A stretch of DNA of 64,000 bases from a virus (Duplodnaviria; Caudoviricetes). Made by a program: the position numbers and the translations under genes. This document shows positions 56,938 to 64,000 of this stretch, piece after piece (position 1 is the stretch's first letter; each line of letters starts with the position of its first letter). The notes under the pieces were generated by a model. It had not been told where the DNA came from, searched no databases, and was given only the letters and a program-made list of their open reading frames with translations. The DNA is taken from IMG/VR virus record IMGVR_UViG_3300030388_001525, positions 1,377 to 65,376 of that record, one strand, 5' to 3'.

Positions 56938-59177
56938 CTATTAAGTAATTGACTTACTGAACTTTTATTATTATATCTTGCAAAGTTAATGCTTATTTTT
57001 GATTGTTTTTGAACTGGAGTATACATATGTTTTTGATTAGCCATAATAGCAAGTCCAGAACTAATTGATGCATCAAATTTAGTTCTATTACTAATATCAA
57101 ATCTTGCCCAATCTGACAATGTTCGTTCAAAATACATTTCTCCCATATCTTCTTTTGTTCTATAATCTCCAGTTAAATCTAACCCTATATGTTTTTCTAT
57201 ATAAGACTCTATAGCTGAAGCGTGAGACTGTTTAACATCTTCAGATGTGTTAGGTATTCCTCCTAACTCTTTTTCTGTTTTAGACAACTTATTATATCTT
57301 TTATCTGGTCTGTTCAGACAGAATCCTCTATACCCACGATTTTTAAAATGATATAATAAACGTGGTTTATTATTCTCACACAAAATAGGCATTCCATAAA
57401 AAACACAAGCCATCAAAACTTCTTCAAAAAATATTTCTGCTGTTTGTGGTCGTGCAATGTATTCTAAAAAAAAATTATTAGAAGGAGCATCATCCATATT
57501 AAATTTAGTCATACCATGTAAAGAACCATTAGACCCTTTACCTACAACAACACCAGATATATCATAAGAATCACAACCAAATGAACCTACATGTTCATTA
57601 CCAGGATATTTAGTATTATTCTTTTCTATTACCCTGTTTTGCAATCCTTTTCTTGGTGTCCAAGTTACAAAAAATCTTCCGTTTCTATTTGGACTCCAAA
57701 TTACTTTAGAATCTTTAATTCCATCTTGCCATCTAAATGAACCTTGAGTAACATAATGTGCTTTAATTAATGAATCGTTATAATCAATTTGTTGATATAT
57801 TTTAGTAAGATTAAATAAAGATTGTTTACTTTCATCTCTAAATGCATGAGATTCAGTACGAGGGAATTGTCTATAAAATTCATTTAATGCATCAGGATCT
57901 TGTGATAAAGAATCAACTTCGTTTTGCCAATAATCGATTGCTCCAACATTAATAGATTCACCATCGATACCTACACATGATTTTTTAGGTGTGTAAAAAA
58001 CTGGCATTCCAAACTTATCTATGTATCCTTCAAAATTCCATTCCATAGGAACAAATAATTTGTATAAACCTGATTTTGTTTGGCCATTTTGATTTCGGTT
58101 AGTGCAATCAGAATCTTCAAATAATTTTTTAAAATTATTCCCTCCTTTATCTAATGCATTGGATGTTGAACCCATTAAACACTTTCCAATTATTTTACTT
58201 CCTAAACGTAAACAAGTTTTAGTAACACGCCAATTGTTTAAAATGTTATCTGGTCTTTCCCACTTACCACTTTCATCGTGCAATAGAAGTTGTAATTTTT
58301 CACCATCATAACTGTTATCTCCTGTGTTTTTCCAGTCAATTGTAGTGTCTAAACCCTCTAACTCCTCTTCACCTAAATCATACATATTTTTTTTAGTAAT
58401 CTTAGACGCAGGAACTCTATATGCTAATTCTGTTTTAGGCTTATCCATACCATCTTGAATAGGTTTAAAAAAGAAAGGATAATTATTTGATATTGGGACA
58501 ACCTTATCTGTAAACATTTTTTTTGCATCAGCTCCAGTTTTAGAGAGTATACCTATACGTGAATCTTTAGATATAGTAGCTTTGTTTACTCCTTCACACG
58601 AAGCCATAAATGAAAAGCCAGAACGTCTAATTTTTAAATAACACATTCCAAAACTTCTTTTGTCTAACTTACAGGCTTCCCAAAACAAATAAAATATTCG
58701 ATTTGCTTCTCTAAAATCTGGATTACCTATGTCAATTTTAGTCCATTGCAAATACATGTAATGTGTTCCCGTCAAATATGTGGTAATTCCATTGTTTAAA
58801 AACCAATGTCCTTGCTCTCTTCTATCAAACTCTTGTTCTATGTAATCAACCCATTTAGATTTAAATGTAGCAGATGTTTCGTGCCACTGAAAAATACTTT
58901 GAACTCTACTTAATTCTTTAGGTAGTTTTTCGTTTGACCATGTTTGATTTTCATTACTGAGATTGGATTTAAGAATTGGAGTTTTAGGTAACGCGACATT
59001 TAATCCACTTATATTATAAATATCTCCTATTGTACCATCTTTAGAAATAATGACAATGTCATACTTTTCATTATATCCTGGTAACCATGATCTTGCTCGG
59101 TTTTTATTAGTTCTGACCGATTTAGATACTAAATCATTTTTTAAAGTATAAATTTTATTTTGACCTTGACTCTGCAA
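56934..59177 (-). CDS. terL: Terminase large subunit
   Basis: KIRRSGFS Walker-A-like, LLHDESGK Walker B, GST, and GCDSYD nuclease motif. Confidence 0.9.
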   Translation of the reverse strand: MQSQGQNKIYTLKNDLVSKSVRTNKNRARSWLPGYNEKYDIVIISKDGTIGDIYNISGLNVALPKTPILKSNLSNENQTWSNEKLPKELSRVQSIFQWHETSATFKSKWVDYIEQEFDRREQGHWFLNNGITTYLTGTHYMYLQWTKIDIGNPDFREANRIFYLFWEACKLDKRSFGMCYLKIRRSGFSFMASCEGVNKATISKDSRIGILSKTGADAKKMFTDKVVPISNNYPFFFKPIQDGMDKPKTELAYRVPASKITKKNMYDLGEEELEGLDTTIDWKNTGDNSYDGEKLQLLLHDESGKWERPDNILNNWRVTKTCLRLGSKIIGKCLMGSTSNALDKGGNNFKKLFEDSDCTNRNQNGQTKSGLYKLFVPMEWNFEGYIDKFGMPVFYTPKKSCVGIDGESINVGAIDYWQNEVDSLSQDPDALNEFYRQFPRTESHAFRDESKQSLFNLTKIYQQIDYNDSLIKAHYVTQGSFRWQDGIKDSKVIWSPNRNGRFFVTWTPRKGLQNRVIEKNNTKYPGNEHVGSFGCDSYDISGVVVGKGSNGSLHGMTKFNMDDAPSNNFFLEYIARPQTAEIFFEEVLMACVFYGMPILCENNKPRLLYHFKNRGYRGFCLNRPDKRYNKLSKTEKELGGIPNTSEDVKQSHASAIESYIEKHIGLDLTGDYRTKEDMGEMYFERTLSDWARFDISNRTKFDASISSGLAIMANQKHMYTPVQKQSKISINFARYNNKSSVSQLLNR
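56981..56988 (-). promoter_or_regulatory. Internal -7 element TAACTTTG upstream of portal
   Basis: About 44 nt before the portal ATG, inside the terL 3' end. Confidence 0.45.
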
Positions 59178-59430
59178 ATCCCTTTGGTGTGTTATTAGTT
59201 TTTATATCAACTCCGTCTAACAAATTTTCTTCTTCTTGTATTTTTTTAATAATTTCAAAAGCATCCATAATACAAAGCTTTTTAGTAGCAGCAGCATTTT
59301 TTAATTTATCAGCTGCCAATTCATCTTCTTTGTCATATTTTATAATATCTTCTTTCGCAACTTTAATCAACTGTATAACTGCTATTTCACCTGCTTTTAT
59401 TATTTGAGATTTAAGTTCTTTTACATCCAT
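59155..59430 (-). CDS. Probable terminase small subunit
   Basis: 91-aa helical protein overlapping the terL start. Confidence 0.5.
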   Translation of the reverse strand: MDVKELKSQIIKAGEIAVIQLIKVAKEDIIKYDKEDELAADKLKNAAATKKLCIMDAFEIIKKIQEEENLLDGVDIKTNNTPKGFAESRSK

Positions 59431-59432
59431 AT

Positions 59433-59996
59433 TTAAAAAACTAATGTAATATTATTAGTAAACATTCTGTAAAGTTTTTCCCCATCAACTTCAAATTCAT
59501 ATTCAGAGTCTGGTTGATAACTAACCTCATCTCCTATTTTTAATCCTAAACTTAATAATTCTTTGTTTATATATTTAATAGTTCCAAATAAATGTTCTTC
59601 AGATCCTTTTTGAAATAAAAATTTTTCTTTTATTTTTGCGGGTTTTATAAAACAATATTTATCATATCCCATCCAACTGTTTTTTCTTTTAAATAAAAAA
59701 AACTGATCAGAATCTATAAAAAATAAATTTTCTTTGAAATAGCTTTTTCCGCTTTTTCTTTGGCCATACATATCATTGTAAAACTTAAAAACATTGTGGT
59801 GTACTAAAAGAGTATCTCCTTTTTGCACATCCCCATTGTAATTTATAGGAAGTTCTACAACTTCAGCATAACGATTTGAGACTTTATGATCTTCTTCAGA
59901 AGTGCTTGTAATAAAATTAACTTCTCCTAAAGTTTTTAAATTATCATATCGTCTATTGTTGAGTGGCTTAACAATAAATGAATATGGTGATTGCAT
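59433..59996 (-). CDS. GroES-like protein (two Cpn10-like halves)
   Basis: FIVKP...AEVV..P...VQKGD.LL and FIKP...GTIK...LKIGDEVSY...FEVDGEKLY.M. Confidence 0.6.
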   Translation of the reverse strand: MQSPYSFIVKPLNNRRYDNLKTLGEVNFITSTSEEDHKVSNRYAEVVELPINYNGDVQKGDTLLVHHNVFKFYNDMYGQRKSGKSYFKENLFFIDSDQFFLFKRKNSWMGYDKYCFIKPAKIKEKFLFQKGSEEHLFGTIKYINKELLSLGLKIGDEVSYQPDSEYEFEVDGEKLYRMFTNNITLVF

Positions 59997-60220
59997 TAAA
60001 AATTTATATTATATTCTAAAGATATTGGCAGTGTTGTTTTAAACTCTTTCCAAACTAAAATTTCGTTGTTTTTTTCTACCCAAATTTTATAAGATTTTGT
60101 CTCCAAGTCATTTTGAATAAGATGAATTTTATAAGACCCACCTAAAACTTCTTGACCAACAATGTAATGCATAGCTCCAGACTTATAGTCTGCTCCTATT
60201 GAAATTTTTCGTATGTCCAT
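59996..60220 (-). CDS. Hypothetical protein
   Basis: 74 aa, translationally coupled. Confidence 0.75.
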   Translation of the reverse strand: MDIRKISIGADYKSGAMHYIVGQEVLGGSYKIHLIQNDLETKSYKIWVEKNNEILVWKEFKTTLPISLEYNINF

Positions 60221-60221
60221 T

Positions 60222-60740
60222 TTAAAATGTTGAAAGTGTAAGAACTCGGTATCTAAGATTAACTTTTAAAATACCATCTCCTACAGTAGCGTTAACTCCT
60301 GCATTTACTAAAGTAACACTTGTATTAATTTCGCAATTCACATCGTCAGAAGACATGTGTTGCGCTTTGTCTGCAACAGTATTTAAAAAAGGTGTACTTA
60401 AAGTCGCCCAAGAAGCAGCTCCTTGTTTTACAGAAACTGAATTTGGAAAGTCATACGCTGTAACACCAGCGTCTAAAAAAGTAAATACGCTCAATACATC
60501 AATAACTTTGCCAGCTCCTGGTGCAGCTATTAAAGTAATAGGTGTTCCAGTCAAAGCTTTTAATTGTGCGGCAGAAATCGCTATAGTAACATTATTAAAC
60601 TCAACTTGAAATAAATTGCTCAAAGCAGTTAATGTACAAGTTTTTGTTGCTAAATTGCTATCGTTATCAGTTAAAACAAAATAATCTGTTAGTACTGGAG
60701 CTATAGCAGGATAAGCGGCTTTGTTACTGATTTTTGACAT
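60222..60740 (-). CDS. Probable structural protein
   Basis: 172 aa, beta-rich (LIAAPGAGKVI). Confidence 0.6.
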   Translation of the reverse strand: MSKISNKAAYPAIAPVLTDYFVLTDNDSNLATKTCTLTALSNLFQVEFNNVTIAISAAQLKALTGTPITLIAAPGAGKVIDVLSVFTFLDAGVTAYDFPNSVSVKQGAASWATLSTPFLNTVADKAQHMSSDDVNCEINTSVTLVNAGVNATVGDGILKVNLRYRVLTLSTF

Positions 60741-61015
60741 TATACTTTTTTTAAATTTTTGTTTTCAACTTCTTCTTTATCTGCTTCAGCCTCTTCTTTA
60801 GATTTTACTTCTCCAGTTTTTAAATTTATTACTGAGTCTTGTCCAAACTCCTCAATTAATTTAGCTTCTAATTCTGCAAATTTTACTTGAAACTGCTCAA
60901 GTTGTTTTACCATTAAAGATTGCTGAAAAGTAATATCACCTAAAGATAATTTAGCTTTATTAAACTCTCCTTGTAACCCTTGTACTTCATCTAATTGAAT
61001 TTTACTTAATTTCAT
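60740..61015 (-). CDS. Coiled-coil protein (fibre chaperone candidate)
   Basis: 91 aa; promoter motif at 61041-61048. Confidence 0.55.
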   Translation of the reverse strand: MKLSKIQLDEVQGLQGEFNKAKLSLGDITFQQSLMVKQLEQFQVKFAELEAKLIEEFGQDSVINLKTGEVKSKEEAEADKEEVENKNLKKV

Positions 61016-61040
61016 TTAATTTAATTTTAATTATTAAACC

Positions 61041-61048
61041 CAAAGATA
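61041..61048 (-). promoter_or_regulatory. -7 promoter element TATCTTTG
   Basis: Intergenic. Confidence 0.6.
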
Positions 61049-61063
61049 ATACTTTTTTTTTAA

Positions 61064-61849
61064 TTATACTATGCCATTGACATCGTCAGCTTGAGGCGTT
61101 TCAGTTCCTTGTAAATTAATTGAATTTACTTGCCAGAGAGTAAACGCAGAAGCAGCTGCTGCGGTAATTCCATTTATAGTATTTCCATATCCAGCTACCT
61201 CATAAACTAATTGTAATTTGGGCATAAAACTTCCAGAAGTATTAAAATAAACACCATTGGTGGCTGAAGTGCTTGAACCTGGTGAATCTTCAATATAATC
61301 AAAATTATAATTAACTAAAGCACAAACTAATTGTTTAGGGTTTGAATTGTTAATTTTACCAATAGCTGTAGAGTTTAATTGAAAATCATTTTCTCCTGAA
61401 TTACCTGTACCCGCATTCCATGAAGAAAGAGCATCACTACCTCTTAAGTCAGATGAGTACTGATCTTCAAAAGCCGCTGTACTAAAATCGTTAACACTTA
61501 AAGCTGAACCTCCGTTAGTTCCAAAAGCTTTGTTTGATTCTGTTAATGTTACTGCTTGAGTTCCTGCACTACCAACTCCATTAACCGTAAAAGTTCCTGC
61601 ACTTACTACAGCTCCTAAAGGCAATGAACTACAATCAAAGTAAAAAAATGATCTCGTACATGAAAAAGTTTCGTTACTTCCTCTGTCAACAAATGATTGC
61701 GCTCTTATAGCTATAGATTGATTAACACCTGAACTTACAGTAGTTCCTGTACTTGAATTAATTACATCATCCCAGTCTTGAGCAGAACTACCTGTTTTTA
61801 AAACAGACCCTTGTCTATTTGACGTTACGTTAATTGTAATTTCAGCCAT
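61064..61849 (-). CDS. Virion-associated protein with a DNRLRE-like carbohydrate-binding module
   Basis: RSFFYFD.SSLP.GAVVSA.....PKL.LVY pattern. Confidence 0.55.
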   Translation of the reverse strand: MAEITINVTSNRQGSVLKTGSSAQDWDDVINSSTGTTVSSGVNQSIAIRAQSFVDRGSNETFSCTRSFFYFDCSSLPLGAVVSAGTFTVNGVGSAGTQAVTLTESNKAFGTNGGSALSVNDFSTAAFEDQYSSDLRGSDALSSWNAGTGNSGENDFQLNSTAIGKINNSNPKQLVCALVNYNFDYIEDSPGSSTSATNGVYFNTSGSFMPKLQLVYEVAGYGNTINGITAAAASAFTLWQVNSINLQGTETPQADDVNGIV

Positions 61850-61851
61850 AA

Positions 61852-62421
61852 TTAAAATTGTTTTTTTGGTAAATAATATTCTGAATAATTAAAATACAGA
61901 TTAGGATTAGGTTTAACTGGTATAACATCATAACTATCAGCTTTAATATTTAATTGATTGTCTTTTTTATTATAGCTATTCCACCAAGTTGCTAAACCAT
62001 TTTTTTTCATCAAATATTTAATTATATCTTTAAACTCTGCACCGTTTTTATTATAGCCCCACGTGTCAAAAAATAATCCATCATATGCACTTAAAAAATT
62101 TCTTACATCATACCAATCTCCTAAAATAATATTTACATTAGGTTTGTCTTCAGCCCATTCTTGTGCTTTATTATATACTTGAGGATGACACTCTACAATA
62201 GTATGTGATTTAATATTATTAGCTTGTATATAATCTGCGCTTATCCCCATACCAAAACCTATTTCTAATATATCCCCACCATTTGAACAAATATAATCAG
62301 CATGAGCTTTCATAATTGGTTTCTCCCAATCCATCATTATATAATGAGTTTCTTGTGTGTCTGGATCTATATAGTATATAGAATTTTCAGTAAATGTAAG
62401 ATTACGATTTATAAATTCCAT
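61852..62421 (-). CDS. Class I SAM methyltransferase, Rmt2/GAMT-like (likely start MEFINR at 62421)
   Basis: MMDWEKPIM, LEIGFGMGI, HTIVECHP, G.W.DV and DG.FFDT motifs. Confidence 0.85.
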   Translation of the reverse strand: MEFINRNLTFTENSIYYIDPDTQETHYIMMDWEKPIMKAHADYICSNGGDILEIGFGMGISADYIQANNIKSHTIVECHPQVYNKAQEWAEDKPNVNIILGDWYDVRNFLSAYDGLFFDTWGYNKNGAEFKDIIKYLMKKNGLATWWNSYNKKDNQLNIKADSYDVIPVKPNPNLYFNYSEYYLPKKQF

Positions 62422-62431
62422 AATAAAAGTT

Positions 62432-64000
62432 TTATGGGCTTGCAATAAGAACCCAAGTCTTATCTGGATCAAAATAAAATATTGTAGTACTGTATGCATA
62501 ACCAACTATTCTTGCATATCCATCTGTAGGTACTGTAGTTGTTATATTACCGCTTGTTGTTAAATAAGCAGCTTGACCATTAGCAGTAACTGATTGCGCA
62601 CCATTTACTAAGCCTTGAACAATCATTCCAACAGAACCTGATGTTCCAGTTCCTCTTGCCATTGCTAATAATTTGTTATAAGAATTTGTTGGAGTAGATA
62701 AAGTCCATCCACTACCTGTCCAATAATATATTTTACCTCCAGTTACTGAAGAACCTCCAGTAAATAATGTAAATCCATTACCATTGTTATTTGCTAAACT
62801 TACATCTAATCCTATAGGCTTAAATGTAATTATTCCTGTGTCTTTTATAGTGGCTACAGCAACCTCTCCTCCTACACCAGCTACAGAAGTATTTGCTCTT
62901 AAATGAATTTCCCCATTAGCTGCTCTGTTTGCAAGAACAACTTTATTAGTAGCCTCAAAAGTTAATGCTGTTTTAAATCCACCTCCAGAATCTTTATATA
63001 ATATACCATCTCCTGCTCCACCAGATGTAGAGCCAAAACGAACATTATTATCTCCCAAATCAATATTACCAGACATTGTGCCACCTGAAAGCGGCAAGAA
63101 AGAACCTTGACTTGTAATATATCCTGCGTCATTAGTCCATTGATTATTAGAACCAGATTTATTAGTAAAGGTTTGTGTATTACTTGGAGTAGTAGTTCCT
63201 TGTGGATTACTAAAACTTGTTGTGATTGTAGAACCACTTTGCTGTGTTAATGTTAATGTGGTGGTTGTTGATCCTGAAGCAGAAAATCCAGTTATACTTC
63301 TTGTATATCCCGTTTCCCATTGTATTGAATTAGTAGCACCGTTGCCACTTGTTATATTTCCTCCAACAGTTAAATTAGTGCCATCAAAAGTTAAATCTGC
63401 ATCACTTGTAATATTAGTTCCACTATTCCAAAAAGCAACTCTTCCAGAGACACCTGTTCCTGTAACAGTTCCTGAAGTAGATGATGAACCTGCACCAATT
63501 AAAGTTCTTACTTCCAAACCAGTTATTCCACTGTTTAAAGAAGGAGCAGAACCATTTGACAATATTGCTGGTGTACCTGTGTCAGTTACTTTAGCATTGT
63601 TAGCTGTAATATTAGATGCTTGTGTACTTGTAATACCAACTTTAGCATTATTAGTTGTTATATTAGATGCTTGAGTAGACGTAATACCGACTTTAGCATT
63701 ATTAGTTGTTATATTAGATGCTTGAGTAGACGTAATACCGACTTTAGCAGTATTTGCAGTTATCGCTGATGCTTGTCCTGAAGTTATTGTTGCTGGAAAG
63801 GATTCTAAATTACCATCTCCTGTTATATACTGACTGCCCGAACCCACTACATCTATAGCGATAGTTCCCGAAACTGTCACTGGAGAACTACCCACACTAA
63901 AAGCATTTCCTGTATGAGACAATCCTACACTTGTAACTGTTCCTGTTGTAGAGCTTGTTCCTGCACCTATATCACTTCTAACCTGAGCTGCTGTTCTTGA
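62432..64000 (-). CDS. Tail fibre protein, 5' end truncated by window
   Basis: Frame stays open to base 64000 (SRTAAQVRSDIGAG...). FLPLSGGTMSGNI and WTNDAGYITS fibre motifs. Confidence 0.85.
   Translation of the reverse strand, partial: SRTAAQVRSDIGAGTSSTTGTVTSVGLSHTGNAFSVGSSPVTVSGTIAIDVVGSGSQYITGDGNLESFPATITSGQASAITANTAKVGITSTQASNITTNNAKVGITSTQASNITTNNAKVGITSTQASNITANNAKVTDTGTPAILSNGSAPSLNSGITGLEVRTLIGAGSSSTSGTVTGTGVSGRVAFWNSGTNITSDADLTFDGTNLTVGGNITSGNGATNSIQWETGYTRSITGFSASGSTTTTLTLTQQSGSTITTSFSNPQGTTTPSNTQTFTNKSGSNNQWTNDAGYITSQGSFLPLSGGTMSGNIDLGDNNVRFGSTSGGAGDGILYKDSGGGFKTALTFEATNKVVLANRAANGEIHLRANTSVAGVGGEVAVATIKDTGIITFKPIGLDVSLANNNGNGFTLFTGGSSVTGGKIYYWTGSGWTLSTPTNSYNKLLAMARGTGTSGSVGMIVQGLVNGAQSVTANGQAAYLTTSGNITTTVPTDGYARIVGYAYSTTIFYFDPDKTWVLIASP
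63588..63785 (-). repeat. 51-nt (17-aa) tandem repeat, about 3.5-4 copies: ITSTQASNITTNNAKVG
   Basis: Near-identical nucleotide repeats visible directly. Confidence 0.9.

Noticed and set aside
1-64000. Stop-codon reassignment, tRNAs, integrase, introns/inteins, diversity-generating retroelement
   Set aside because: Long genes are intact in the standard code with TAA, TAG and TGA all used as stops. I saw no cloverleaf, recombinase, reverse transcriptase or interrupted core gene.

Overview
AT-rich dsDNA tailed-phage sequence, probably most of a circularly permuted genome, because both window ends fall inside minus-strand tail-fibre genes. Bacteroidetes-type TAnnTTTG promoter motifs, A-rich leaders without Shine-Dalgarno sequences and a VirE-N/BT4734-type primase-helicase point to a Flavobacteria/Bacteroidetes host (inference). 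The plus-strand early/replication arm (11445-26848) carries small early genes, two C5 cytosine-methyltransferase-like genes, DUF1281-like and DUF3310-like genes, two DnaA-domain-IV-like proteins, ERF, a PD-(D/E)XK exonuclease, SSB, primase-helicase, an SF2 helicase, VRR-NUC and a metallophosphoesterase. The minus-strand late arm (64000->26841 and 10883->1) carries tail fibres, an Rmt2/GAMT-like methyltransferase, a GroES-like protein, terminase, portal, scaffold, major capsid, ring and nozzle proteins, ejection proteins including a 3150-aa HExxH protein, groEL-groES, an array of tiny basic proteins and a lysis cassette. I recognised no DNA polymerase, RNA polymerase, tRNA, integrase or CRISPR array. 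Best leads: a three-copy nested-hairpin leader element in the early region, a duplicated origin-like AT-rich element, a largely unannotated array of basic microproteins, a candidate sRNA, a beta-rich domain shared by four probable virion proteins, and putative cleavage motifs in the giant protein. All product calls come from motif recognition by eye, not database searches.
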